Made by a program: the position numbers and the translations under genes. A stretch of DNA of 64,000 nt, from contig BROI01000016.1 in the NCBI GenBank assembly GCA_027923505.1, positions 434,001 to 498,000 of the forward strand, in the 5' to 3' direction. Positions 10,911 to 23,979 of this stretch are shown in pieces. Position 1 is the stretch's first letter. The number at the start of each line of letters is the position of its first letter. Below the pieces are notes generated by a model. That model was given only the letters and a program-made list of their open reading frames with translations. It searched no databases and was not told the origin of the DNA. This DNA is from Mayamaea pseudoterrestris. Its lineage: Eukaryota.

Positions 10911-12691
10911 ATGGGCAAATTTTCAAATGCTCCATCCATCGATATGAGAGTCAAGTCAAGGGCAGCAGCCATGCACACTTGGAACATGAAGCAATACGCT
11001 TCGCTAGTGTTGGTGAGTCTCCTTGCACTTCTTGGATGCATGGAGACTATTTACAATTACACGTCCGGAAATAACTTGAGCAGTCGAGGTGTGCTGTCGC
11101 TAGACGTTGTTCCAGCATCAAGTCTTCGACAAAATGTTCCAATCATGGAGCAGCAGCAGTTTAGTGTTAAAGAAGACTCTAAAATGACCGAGTCAAACGA
11201 ACAATCTACAGAAAAATTGACAGCAGAACAACCAAATGACAATTATAGCAACATCAGCAGGTATATAAGTCCGTTGGAAGAGTTTGGAATTGAGGAAGGT
11301 TCTTCATTACCAGCGCCACTCTCCGTCATTGAGCAGTATAAAGCTTGGCACAGTCAAGAAGCTTTGGAGCACGACGCCAATATTCAAAATCGAAACTTTA
11401 TCATTGCCTACTACCAAGCGCCATCCTCCGTCGGAAACTACTTGCACTACTTTACATCTGCCTTTTACTGGGGCCTGCTCACCAACCGCACCATTCTGTG
11501 GAAATACATGGACGTGGACACTTGCATTGACATTGTGCACAGTAGCAAAAACTACTTTAATGAACCTCGCTGCCGAGTGCCAAACACGACGCAAGCCGAC
11601 AGTGAAAAGGTGATTACGCGGGCGCCGTGGATTCCCGGCTACGACGAATGGAAGGAGCGGCTCAACTTGCCCGAGACGCACCATATTATACGAGACCATA
11701 CGCAGTGGCATAAAAAGGGCGGCGTCGTGATTGATGGTTTAAACGTGCATGTGGTGAGTGAAACTCCAGAGTGTCTGTTCATACTGTACTTGCTGCTGCT
11801 CGTTATCAAAAAACCACCTTTCTAAATCCATTTGCTGCTCTGCTTCAGAAAACGAGCAGCAGGTATTCCAAATTCGTCGACACTTACTACAAAAACGAGC
11901 GCGTCGTGGACATTCATCCATGGGCCTTTTTACGAATGGACTATCATTACTGGATGCCAGATATCATTGACCTTCAGCTGGAAACAGCCTACGCCAAGGA
12001 AACGATTCAACTACTCGGTGCATGGGGAAGTGACGTTTTGTTTGGAATCTTGTGGCGATACTCGTTTGACTACGCTTCCGACATTCGCACCTCAGTGGAA
12101 CGCCAAGCCGTCGTTCACCAGCAGGCGATTCTTGCCGACGAAGAGTCACTGAGCATTGCCATGCACTCGCGACACACGACACCAAGCGACAAGGGATGCG
12201 ACGTATCATTGGAGCAAGCCGGCTTTCGTGACATTTTGCGGCAGCACCGCCATCGAAACGATTTGTCGATTCGCGAGCAGGGGCGGGTGCCATCCGTTTG
12301 CCAGGTGACGCTACTTTCGGATCGAACGTGTACTATTGACAATATGAGGGATTGGCTGGAACATATGGGATGCAAGGCAGTCACGGTGGATCACGAAGTG
12401 AATGTTGGTACCCGCACCGAGCATGGGCCGTTTAGCGGGGCTGGCTTTTTCAAAGACATGCTACTAGCCGGACTTACTGTTCAAAATGGAATGATTGGCT
12501 CGTTGGAAACCTGGGATGGTGACCGATGGCGGTCGTCATCGGAGCTTGTGGAAGAGTCAGTTGCTTACATTCGGGCCATGCGCTACTACAAGGCAGGAAA
12601 GGATCCAAAAGATTTGCCGAAACTGTACTGGGCAACAGTTGTGAGGGGTAAGCGAAAATTTTACAAGCTTTCGGATACAAAAACAATTTGA
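10911..12691 (+). CDS. Type II membrane fucosyltransferase-like protein (GT37/GT23/GT11-like), paralog A; intron 11754-11848
   Basis: N-terminal TM; VGNYLHYFTSAFYWGLLTNRTILW and SIAMHSRH motifs; a GT..AG intron joins the two ORFs in frame. Confidence 0.65.
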
Positions 12692-12827
12692 TGTAGCGTG
12701 TTAACAGCCGCCTGTTGGTATTCGCACGACGCAGCGCTGATGTTCACCATGCGATGTAAATACACTAAACTCATATTCTTAACAAAGCTTAATGTTAATC
12801 TGTGACTGCTCACTAACGCGTCAATTC

Positions 12828-13279
12828 TCAATAAAAACCGTGCTGTTGCGTCTGGTTGTTTGGCTGCTGTCGCACATGCGGTTGCTGTCCCTGCGTTAGG
12901 TACGGAAGAGACGCATATTGTGAACTCTGCATCTGTTGCTGGTACATGAGCTGCTGCTGAGGTTGTCCAATTGTTAATTGCCCGGCGAGACCTCCGTATT
13001 GCTGCGTCTGTGCCAACGATGGCTGCATCTGCGTAGGTATACCGCTTCCATGAACCAATTGATTTGTTTGTTGCTGAATCGTTACATTCTGGTACACAAC
13101 CTGCTGCTGGCCATTAGGATCTTGATATCCAATATGTTGCTGACTGAAACCAGGAATGTGGGACTGCTGAGTGGAAGGGAAATTATTCGGTACAACGGGC
13201 TGCAAAATAACTGGCTGCCCTGTAATCGAGGTAGTAACATAGTATACTCGTCCAGTTGGATCGCTCACAGGATAGACCG

Positions 13280-13310
<31 letters not shown>

Positions 13311-16300
13311 AAACTGTTGTTGTTGTGGCTGCTGCTGCCCGAAAGCGCTAGATACTCCGTACAGCGGTTGCTGCGGGGATGCAAGTTGTTTAAATTGTGG
13401 AAGCTGCGTCGAATGTTGATGTTGTTGCAGATGGTGATATTGATTCTGCTGCGGTTGCAACATGGCATTGGCCGCTTGGTAGTGTTGGGCATCTGCTCCG
13501 TGTGTTTGGCCTGCGAGAGTTGCATAATGGCCTTGTTGGTTATAGTTCATACCACTGTTGGGGTCTGTCCTGATTGTGTTATGCGGAAACGATGTGTCTA
13601 ACGACCTCAGGGAAGAGGCGATGGATTGCGGAGCTTGCTGCGGTAGCCTAGACGGTGTCGACACGTAACTATTCTGGTCAAAAGGAGGTAGATCTGGAAG
13701 CTGCGAGCGCATGCCACTACTACGGTCTCCTGAATTGTATTTAAAAGACCCGATCGGCGTTGCCGAGCTTGCGCCAGGAACAATCCCCGGACGTTGTAGC
13801 GCGAAAGCGAAGTCGCCGCCAGTCGTAGATACCCTTCTCAAATCATCGTGCATCCCAAAACTTTGGGGGCCTGTTACAGTTTTCCACGGCTGGTATGATG
13901 GTGTCGTTTCCGCGGATATACTGGCAACTCCAAAAGAAGTGTTCCCGGCATGTACTCCATTTATATCTGAAAGGCTCGCAGAAACATGACCAATTTTCTG
14001 CGACTCTGCCGCCATCAATCGTTGTGAAAGCGAGTTGACACCCGAGTAAAGTTGATTGGGAGGCGAGTTGCGTCCATTGCTATTCACGGTGTTCCGTTGG
14101 GATAGAGTCTCTGTCATGGAGGTCCCTGACGAATTATTTACGCGAGAACGCCCTCGTTGATCGGTTTGATTACCCATCTGTGAGGACGGTCGACTACCCG
14201 CGCTGTGTCGTGCAGATTGTTGTTTCTCGCGCTGCCTTTGTACATTTAACAGTTTGCGACGGAGAATTGCCGGGTCCCAAGGCACTTGCCAGTAAACTCC
14301 TAAAATTAAATTCGCCTGGTTCTCCTCTTTTGAATCAGGCCGAGTTTCCGGCGTTGTCGTCAGTTCCGAGCAATTTCCAGTCAAAAACGGGTGCTGCATA
14401 ACTTGCAACGCCGTCATCCTTTTCCACGGATCAGGATCTAAAACGCCATACAGTAGGTGGATGAACGCCATAAGCAAATCTTTGTTCTCGTTTGGTCTGG
14501 CCTGTGCATGAAGGGCGATGATATCAACCAACTTCCGGCTTCTGAAGTATCGATGTCCAGGCTGCTTTTCCAACTTTTCCAGCCCTCCTTTCTTGCTTAC
14601 TTCGCTCTGCGATAATGAGCTTATATACTCTTGCTGAGTTTTGAGTCGCCATTGTGGAAGTGGAAGGGCACTTGGCGATGCACTGGCTGAAGACGTCCAA
14701 GGAGACGGCGTCCGGTTGTTAACTACACCGGTCGTCGGCATGGGCGATCCACGTTCCGAGTTTGGTGTTACGTTTGGTCTGTACTTGATATAGTATTTTG
14801 TCGACTTGGATCCTTGGTCCAACATCCAGTCGGGAAGTCCACCAATCATTTCCTGTATCCTACCAAGTTGATCGTGCTCATGACAGCCAGGCAAAATTGG
14901 CAAACCGAGAAAAAGCTCAGCAGCCACGCAACCGAGAGACCACATGTCTATGCCAGAATCGTACGGTAACCCAACCAATACCTCTGGGCATCGATAGAAC
15001 CGCGACTGTATGTACGTGTGTGCGGCGTGCCCTTCGAAACAAGCAGAGCCAAAATCGATGATCTTGATCTTATGTGCAGATTCTGACGACGAAGAATCTA
15101 GCCGATTCATACTTCTATCATTCATGCAGTTACTAGCGTGTGACGCACCATCATCGCCTAAAGCATAACTCGTCTCTGCCGCATCGTCGTGAGGCAAACT
15201 ACTTGTCGAATCGCCGGCATTCACCACCGACTGCGCCACGGCATCCGACACCAACAAAATATTTTCCGGCTTTAAATCACAATGCACGACTTGGTTCTGC
15301 GTCAAATCCTTAATGCCGCAAATGGCTTGACGCAAGATATTCCGCACCACTGCCAGCGGCAAGCCTCGAAACTGTCGCTTCTTCAACACTTCATATAAAT
15401 TCAATCCAAGCTTTTCAAATACGAGACACAGGTGATTCTTGTACATGAAAAAATATTCAAGACTAACCATGTAGTCGCGCTTGATTTGGTGCCGCTGGAG
15501 CGACCGAAACACGTCAATCTCCACCGTGGCTTGTCGCGTGTAGGCGGGCTTGTTCTTGACAATTTTGAGTGCATACAGACGATTGGTTTCCAAATGCAAG
15601 CACTCAAAGACTTGGGCAAAGGTGCCTTGGCCAAGGGCCGACTGTATATGAAACTCGGCGGATGTAGCAGCATGATGTACATTTTGTAGTGGCGCTGCTG
15701 CGTTGTTTAGTTCATCCAGCGTGTGTAGACTCTTTCGTGGCACGACAATCACGTCATGTTCGTATACAATCAAGTTTCCTTCCGCGTTATCGGAACCGTC
15801 GTTACATGTTGGTGCTGACGGTTGCGTCAAGCATGCTCCGCGTGGTCTCAATGGCGTGGATTGTTGTTGGTGTTGAAATATTATATTTTGTTGCTGCTGC
15901 TGCTGTATATTTTGCTGCTGCTGCGGCAAGGACTCCTTGGTACTAATCGACCCCGAGGGCGAACGATCAAGCGCATGCGAAGGGTTTCGAATGGACGGGG
16001 TCGACTCGTTCTGCGCCTCCATGACGGCGGACAGTAAACCAATGTTGATGTTATTGTTGTGTGGTTGTTGACTCGATGTTGCTGCTGCTCCATATGCATG
16101 CCGATTCTGCTGTTGACTAAATAAGCGCGCATTTTGATACTGCGTCAGTTGCTGCGCCAGCTGGTACTGAAGAAGGTCCTCGGATGTACCAGTCGTCATG
16201 GTTGCCATGGACTGCTGCGCCAGTGCTTGACGCGCTATCGGCGGCGGGGCAGTCTGCTCAAGTTTTTGATACAGTTGCTCCAAGTGCATGGTCAACTGGT

Positions 16301-16871
16301 TCGTCAAGTGTCGCTTGGGAGCATCTTGTCCATCTCCATCTTCTCCATGCCCATGATTATCTGGTAACGTGGATTGCTGTTGCTGCGAGCCGCCATCATG
16401 ATGTCCATGATCGGAATACTTGGTCTTGGCAACCTTGTGCGTTCGTTGCGGCGGCTGCTGCTGCTCATAGTCATGCGTCGTTGTCGTCGTCGCCTCGTCG
16501 CTAGAGCTACCGGTCGATGTTGCAATCGATTCAAAGGCGGATTTACTGGAAGGTCGTAGGCGTATTCGTCGCTTCGTAGTGACCGGTTGATCGCCGTGCG
16601 CCTGCAGCGACAGTCTCTGACCGAGCCGCCGAAAGGCTTCGTCCACGTGACTGCTCGCGACGGAGGCAGCTGCTGCATGCTGATGATGATGATTCGACGA
16701 CAGCAAGCTATTAGCGAGAGCGGATCGCTTGTGGTTGCTTGCCGTTGTCGACGACGACTGCGACTGCTGCTGATTGTTGTTCAATGACTGCGACTGCTTT
16801 TGCGAGGATCGCGCCGACGAGCCTTGACTCAGCGTTTCCAGCAAGTCCTTGCTGTCCAAAGTCAAATCCAT
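12828..16871 (-). CDS. YAK1: Yak1/DYRK-family dual-specificity protein kinase with Q-rich termini
   Basis: LGQGTFAQV, KIVKNKPAY, HCDLKPEN, DFGSAC, TYIQSRFYRCPE. Confidence 0.92.
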
Positions 16872-17604
16872 TGTTTTTAGTGGCTTCTACAGGGATCGAC
16901 GTGACGCTGGATCGCCAGTTCGATGCAGATGGTGCTTGCGCCGTTTCTGTCGACAGTCGTCTAGAGTCTAGATTCGTTGCTCCACAAGTAACTTGTTTCT
17001 CTTGGAGTTTTCGTTGCGCGAGTCGATAATCATGCAAACAGTTGTCTCTTGAGCAAAATACAATGGGGGGCTTGTTGCTGCGTTTCAGACTCTTACTGAT
17101 GGAACGATTCGGTAGTTCCAAGCGACGAAAAGTCGTCGGTGCAGTGCAATTGCTTCCAATCGAGAGAGAAGTGCGTTCAACAGCTCTCCAACGCTTGCGG
17201 GACCAAGCAACGTTTGCTGTTCTCCAATTAGCTACTGCTCGTTTAACATGTTATGACGCTTGCCATGGAGATAAATAAATTCAGGACGAATGGAGACGGT
17301 GGAGGAAGACAAAGGAACTGATGCAGATGGTGCGAGTGCTGACACGGCACCCTTTCGGAAGGGTTGCACCGCGACCAAAGTTGTCGTAGTGGTGCAAAAG
17401 CAGTGTCGTAGCGGGTTTAATTTTATGTCGCATAGGTTATGACCAAGCAAAAAACTCATCGTCACCATGGAGATTGCAAAACGTTGCCTCTACTAATTTC
17501 CGCAACATGCTAGCATTGGATGAAGTATCGCTGTATTTTTGAGAGTAGCTGGGAGCCGTGAGAAAAGAATCGCGCCAAAGTTTCCTTGATAAAACGCAGC
17601 TGAC

Positions 17605-19309
17605 ATGATGAGTCGTCGTCAAGCAGCAACAGCAACAAACGAATCAGCAAGCAAAAAACAGTCACTAGTACCATTGTCAATCCGTTTCAAAAGATATATA
17701 CTATTTAGCTGCATTGCTTGCTTGGGACTTCTGACGCTACTTGCTGCCTCCAATGTTGTAAAACAATACGCACTTTCATCCGTTTCTTCCTCGTCGTCTC
17801 AGCGGCAGGCGTCCGTTCTTTCCGGAGACAATGCATCAACATACTCGTTGCACAATCCCAATAGGCAAGACTCTTTCAAGTCTCTTTCAGCATACACGAG
17901 TCCACTCGACGAGTTTCCAAATTATTTGAATCTGCCACTGCCGCCGCCGCTGCAAGTCTTGGACCAGTATGTGACGTGGCACTCGCAGCAAGCCTTGGAG
18001 CGCGACGCCAACGTTCACCATCGCACCTTTATGATTGCGCAGTACCAGTGCCCCGTGTCGGCGGGCAACTGGATGCACTACTTCACGTCGGCCTTTTTAT
18101 GGGGAATGTGAGTATCATTGCAATGCGATTGAATTAATGGTTGCCAACCGCACTCTCACTCTCATTGTCTCGTATACTATCTTATTTCTATTCAGACTCA
18201 CCAACCGCACGATACTATGGAAGTACGTGACGAACGACGCTTGTCGAGACATTCGTCGCCGCTGGTTGTACCCCTTTCATCCGCAGCGGTGCAACGTTTC
18301 CAACAGCATGCAGGAATGTCACGAGATTTTGGAGCGCGCGCCATGGATTCCAAGCTACGATGAATGGAGCGAGAAACTGAATTTGACGGAGGACGATGTG
18401 TTCATGCTGCCGCTGGAGCATTCAAGCAAGCAGTGGAACGTGAAACATGCCGTAGTGCGACCGGTGGATGTTTCCTATCGCCACTATCCAGTGTTGGACA
18501 TTCACCCGTGGTCGTTTCTGCGACTGGATCATTTGATCTATGATGAAGACTTGCGGCAAAAGCAGCTAGCGACACCCTATGGGCGTGCAACGTTGAAGGA
18601 GTTGGCGAGATGGGGACCATCCTTTCTGTTTGGCTTATCGTGGCGGCACAGCTTTGACTATAGTCCGCGAATTCGCGAACGCGTCAAGCAGCACGCGGCG
18701 GTTGCCAAAACAATAGTAACGCAGAATGGAACAAATGTGACTCGTCGCAGCCCCCACGTCTTGACGATTGGGATTCATTCGCGTCACACTCGTTCCGACG
18801 ATGACGGCTGCAACGTGCGACTCGAGCAAGACTGCATGCGACAATTGCTCAACGAGTATCGGGCACAAACTAATGCACCGAATGGCACCAAGGTTCCTTG
18901 TCAAGTGACGTTGGCATCCGATCGAACATGCACGATTGACAAAATGTCAAACTGGTTGTCCAGCGAAACGCTTGGGTGCGCCGTCGTTGTGACGGAGCGC
19001 AGCAAGAACACTCCAGACTCGAGCATGCACGCCGTCTTTAACGAGCATGGCCCATTCAGTGGGAGTGGCTTCTTTCAGGACATGCTGCTGGCCGGCATGA
19101 CGGTGCGAGACGCAATGATTGGCTCGCTGGAGCCGACGGATGGACATCGCTGGAGGTCTTCCTCGGAGCTCATGGAGGAAGCCATTACCTATCAGCGAGA
19201 CATGGCTTATTGGCAGGCTGGCATGAATCCGGAGCGCATGCCAGAGCTTGTCGAGTGTACGTTGAAGCGCGGCATAAATGTGAAACGCTTAGCGAAACAA
19301 AAAGGGTAG
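17605..19309 (+). CDS. Type II membrane fucosyltransferase-like protein, paralog B; intron 18108-18195
   Basis: AGNWMHYFTSAFLWG/ILTNRTILW, IGIHSRH and EHGPFSGSGFF shared with paralog A; splicing restores the frame. Confidence 0.65.
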
Positions 19310-20677
19310 CTGCACTGCCATCGCCACAAGTGTAAAATGCCGTTGTGGCCGTCAATGGCATTTGTCGCCACAGGAAATTGCAGTATCATTACATGCCGAG
19401 AATGTAAACGAAACGACGCCGTACCGGTATAGATGTCGATGGTCACGTCATTGTTGGAACTGGAACTGATGGTGTCGATGCCTTGGCACCTTGGCAAATT
19501 GCGTTTATTCTGCAAAAAAGGCTCGAGGAGCTGCTCCGCTCCTTACGTTGTGCATTGACTAGCCATAAATGCTCATGCATGCCATTGACATGCATGTGCA
19601 GAAATGGGAGAACGCTGTTAGTCGTGGCGTCGAAGCGATGTTCTACTGTATGCTCGGCGAATTAAAGTGATCACAAGTTCTCCATTGCTTTGCTACAGAA
19701 CCTTGTGGCCATTTCAAGAGCTCAGCCAACTCTACTTTTGCGACGAGCAAGTATCGCACTTGACACTATTGCTCTGCTAAAGACTGATTCGCTAGTTTTT
19801 GAAATATTTTCTTTCTACTTGCGAGGTGGAGGGGTGTCCATTTAAGCAGAATGAGCGCTTGAATTCAATATCATGTTTGCTACGTACTAAAGAGTCGCTA
19901 TCATGAAGGCGCAGACATTAGACTGTTTGGGAGGTAATAATATTTGTCTCAGCACATGGCAAAAGATAATGGCGGGCTGGAGCTTTACCAGCTCTACCGG
20001 TACAACCCACTCATACGTTCACTGCACCCTGGCATTACTGTGACGTGGATCCATTCCTGATCCTATCTCCGGGTGTCACTGCTTATCCTGCAGACCCTCC
20101 CTACGCAGCCTGGACGCGATTCCAACGCGTGGCCTTATCTTTGGCCCATGGCGAGCTTCCAGCTCCAACCACTCCAGTACCTGCCGGATGATTTAGCAAG
20201 AGAGATAATAAATAAAGCCTGAAAAGAGAAACCGTCTACAAAAACATCAACACTACCGGTACACGCTGCCACAGCAGTCCTAATTTACAGCAAGCGCAAA
20301 ATAGAAAATAGACCTTAGTATTGTAGCAATTGTGGATTGCTTGATGCGGACTATGCCTGTGACGCATCTTTTACCCGCCCAAGAGTCGAAGACGCATGGT
20401 GCAACGCTTTTTGGGAGCGCAGCATTTTTTGACGCCGGACGGATCGATTGTGTTTCGCATGGCGAGTTGGTATCACCGGCATGAAGGCTCCCGGTCGCAC
20501 TGGAAGGCGTTAAAACGGATAGAGAAATTAAACGGATCGTGGTGCGGTAAGGTACAGTAACACTAGTGGTCGAACGAGACGTACTGCTAACTATATAACA
20601 GTTCAAACTCTTACTAAAGCTGACATGATTGCTGCTGATGCAATTGAACGACAAGAACTGCGTGCGTCGGCAGCGTT

Positions 20678-21808
20678 TCATATTCCATTCGCAACTCTTG
20701 CTGCCAACAAGGCATTCATACTCTCCATAACATGTTCATCCTGCTGAAAGGCTGGCCACTGGACGCTGACAAGGTTTGCATTGGCTTGTACCAGCTCCAA
20801 AACAGCCACGCTACGCGTCGCACGACGCTCCGTTGTCATGCGCCGGTAGTCGTCGACAAAATTGTCGGTAAACGTCATGTTCAAGCATGTGAGACGAGGA
20901 TGCGCATGCAACGATTTCATCAAGTTGATCCATTCCGCGTCACCTATGTCAAGATATGCAATCGAGAGTGATTCCAAGCTTTGATTGTTGGCGAAGCCAT
21001 GGAGGAGTGCATCCCACGCTTGTCCCATGAGCCAAAAGTGACAAGTCAAGTACAAATGTTTCAAACAGCATGTAGATGCAGGTGAATTCGTATCGTTGTC
21101 GTCTTTAGCGTCTTCAGTAATAGCAATTGCAGTAGTAGCAGCAGCTAGTCCTGGTCCAATGGCAAGCAAATCAGCTTGGGTGCAGCTAATTCGACAAGTT
21201 TTCATTCGCTCGGCTTGCCTTAAGGCTGCTCCAAAACCGTCATTCAAGACAGTCGACTGCTTACATTCCAATTCGGAAACGTGATTCATCAAGTGCATGG
21301 CCGTTTCCGTGCTCATGGATACAAAGTGTAGCCGCAGAGTCGTCAGCTTGGAAATGGTGGGCGTCGTAATGGAGGGAAGCAGCTGGCGAGGACTAGTGGC
21401 AAAGGCTTTGATGGTTACGTCAATAAAGGAACAGTGAGCATCTCGACTATTCTCTTGGCTTGTGGCAATGCATTCAAGAAGATTATTGAGTGGTTGTTCG
21501 GCGGCGTTGACGCTCGTCGCTGCGAGTTGCAGCGTAAGCGTGTCGTTGGCATTGTGACTCTCGGCGGGAACAGTCGAAGCAACGACAAGATCCAAAGTGT
21601 ACGTCAAGTTCATTGGCAAATCTTGATGATACGTTGTCATGCAGCAGTCAAGCGCGGGCGACAAAAAAGTAATCTTGTCGGCTGCAAACGAACGCAGGGC
21701 GGAGAATGAAACGGCAGTGACATCAGCCTTTGGTTTCAGGACGAAATAATGACTGTTTTCATCGGGATTTTCCTTGTCCACTCGTTCAAAGAGGTCATTA
21801 ACAGACAT
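20678..21808 (-). CDS. RNI-like leucine-rich repeat protein
   Basis: LxxLxL repeats (LKHLYL, LESLSI, LTCLNM); 376 aa ORF. Confidence 0.65.
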   Translation of the reverse strand: MSVNDLFERVDKENPDENSHYFVLKPKADVTAVSFSALRSFAADKITFLSPALDCCMTTYHQDLPMNLTYTLDLVVASTVPAESHNANDTLTLQLAATSVNAAEQPLNNLLECIATSQENSRDAHCSFIDVTIKAFATSPRQLLPSITTPTISKLTTLRLHFVSMSTETAMHLMNHVSELECKQSTVLNDGFGAALRQAERMKTCRISCTQADLLAIGPGLAAATTAIAITEDAKDDNDTNSPASTCCLKHLYLTCHFWLMGQAWDALLHGFANNQSLESLSIAYLDIGDAEWINLMKSLHAHPRLTCLNMTFTDNFVDDYRRMTTERRATRSVAVLELVQANANLVSVQWPAFQQDEHVMESMNALLAARVANGI

Positions 21809-21970
21809 TGCTGTTTACTAGTACCAGTACTGTAGTTTTGTTACCGGTAGTAGCTTCAAGCACGGACGAAGTGATGTGCAGGAGGCTGTCAAATGAGATG
21901 GTTCGATGCCTCGAATTGCGAGTGTGACAGTACCTTTGCGACATGAAAATTGTCTCATCAAGTCACGGTG

Positions 21971-23460
21971 CGATATCTGTTGTCAGGGAGAATTCTCGGC
22001 ACAGCTACCGGTACCGGTATGTAGAGGCAAGAGAGACAACAACACAGTAACAGGCTGCGGTAGTGTAGTTAACGTAAAGCAACATCAGCATGATCATCAA
22101 TGATCAAACGAATGGCAACCTGAATGCAACTAGGACGCTGACGGCAGCGCATAAAGCGCAAATGATTGTTCCGGAGCTTGCGAAACACGCATGGCACGAT
22201 GAATTCTTTGACCTAGAGACGGATTATGAAGTCATTGCCGTGTTTGGCCACAGTGCAGAGCTCTTTGCTGGAGCCAAGCGACTCAAGCTGATGCAACTTT
22301 TCAAGCGTTCCGTCGTGCTACTTGCCGTGTCACTCGTCATGGAACTGCTCTACGAAGGCTTGGCCAACGTGACTGGAATCCTTTTGGGCGTCTGTTTCAC
22401 CATGGCAACAACGATATGCCAAAGGAATCTTCCACATACGGCAGTCACGACGGCGGGGGTGGTGCATGTCGATGAAAAGGGTAAGTTGTATATTATAAAT
22501 TGCCAATGGAATGATGAATGTCGCATTCATCTTCGTTCGTATACTGATTTAACTACTAATCTACCTTCAGGAATCAAGTATTTCGTCTTTTTTAGCGACA
22601 TTATCAATGTTTCGCTTGGCCATTATGGTTTCATTGATTTGGTATTGCCTAGGAGGTTATCATTCTATCGCGTCCCGCGTCCGTTCTGCCTCCGCTACAT
22701 CGGCAAAGCCGCGCGTACGATATTGTCATTCAGGGAAAATTCTCGGCACAGGCTTGAGTCAAGAGGTAAGAGAGGCAACAACACAGTAAGAGACTGCGGT
22801 AGTGTAGTTAAACGTAAAAATATTAGAAGACAACGTTGACATGATGGTCAATGATCAAACGAATAGCAACCAGAATGCTACTGAGACACTGACGGCAGCG
22901 CAAGCGCAACTGATTGTTCCCGAGCTTGCGAAACACGCATGGCACGATGAATTCTTTGACCTAGAGACGGATTATGAAGTCATTGCCATGTTTGACCACA
23001 GCGCAGAGCTCTTTGCTGGAGCCAAGCGACTCGAGCTGATGCAACTTTTCAAGCGTTCCGTCGTGCTACTTGCCGTGTCACTCGTCATGGAACTGCTCTA
23101 CGAAGGCTTGGCCAACGTGACTGGAATCCTTTTGGGCGTCTGTTTCGCCATGGCGACAATGATATGCCAAAGGAATCTTCCACACACGGCTGTCACGACG
23201 GCTGGGGTGGTGCATGTCGATGAAAAGGGTAAGTGGTTCAGTGTGGCGCCAATGGAATGGCGAATGTCGCATTCATCTTGTTTCGTAGTATCCTCTCCTA
23301 ACAACCAACATACACTGGAGTCAAGCATTTTATTCCTTTCAGCGACATTACCAATGTTTCACTTGGGCATTATGGTTTCATTGATTTGGTGTTGCCTAGG
23401 AGGTTATCATTCTATCGCGTCCCGCGTCCGTTCTGCCTTCGCTACATCGGCGAAGCCGCG
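21971..23460 (+). repeat. Recent direct tandem duplication: ~21971-22713 and ~22718-23460
   Basis: Near-identical coding sequence and alignable upstream and intron sequence in both units. Confidence 0.92.
22090..22839 (+). CDS. Two-TM membrane protein, copy 1 (3'-truncated, with a chimeric C-terminus); intron 22481-22570
   Basis: Homology to copy 2 stops at 22713 and the ORF continues into duplicated upstream DNA. Confidence 0.65.
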   Translation: MIINDQTNGNLNATRTLTAAHKAQMIVPELAKHAWHDEFFDLETDYEVIAVFGHSAELFAGAKRLKLMQLFKRSVVLLAVSLVMELLYEGLANVTGILLGVCFTMATTICQRNLPHTAVTTAGVVHVDEKGKLYIINCQWNDECRIHLRSYTDLTTNLPSGIKYFVFFSDIINVSLGHYGFIDLVLPRRLSFYRVPRPFCLRYIGKAARTILSFRENSRHRLESRGKRGNNTVRDCGSVVKRKNIRRQR

Positions 23461-23643
23461 CCGACAAACGTTACCGCCATAAGCTCGATGAGCAGTCCAA
23501 TGAAACCACTAATGTTTCAACGAATTGTCTCGGTGCTCAAGGAGCATCATCACAAATGTAGTGCAGGAGATGAAGAGTCGTATCACACGAGCATGAGTCA
23601 TTCCTCGTCGCAAAATATGACGCCCCTTTGCCGACGGCACTGA
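22841..23643 (+). CDS. Two-TM membrane protein, copy 2; intron from 23229 with an altered acceptor (~23317-23320)
   Basis: Near-identical to copy 1; retains the family C-terminus (KPLMFQRIVSVLK). Confidence 0.65.
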
Positions 23644-23979
23644 CGAGGCCACCGCAAACCAGCATGTTCCTCCTATTCATGCATTTCAAGTATTTTGTAT
23701 GTTTTTGGATGTTAAGCTTGCAAGTACTTGTACTTGCAATAGCTCATTGTAAGCTACTGTAGATTTCTGCAAGTGCGCCATTTCCGATCAGTCTTGCATA
23801 ATAGAGTGGCACGATTGAAAACGCTTGCCGAGCTTTTTACCGGGCTTTTCACCGGGTTGAAGGCTTCGTTGCTTTGTTGGCCTTTTTGAATTCTTTTCGC
23901 AGATTCGTGGAGAGACAACTAAGGCAGGTATTGTGCACAAAAGAGCTGCCAGGTGAATACAATATTAATTGCTGCAATC

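Noticed and set aside
12978..16787. Several plus-strand ORFs with poly-Leu or poly-Ala inside YAK1
   Set aside because: They are antisense shadows of CAG/CAA-rich coding sequence
19310..20677. Possible gene in the 1.4 kb gap (ORF 20280-20681 and a short GC-rich stretch near 19970-20190)
   Set aside because: I found no recognisable motifs and could not build a convincing splice model
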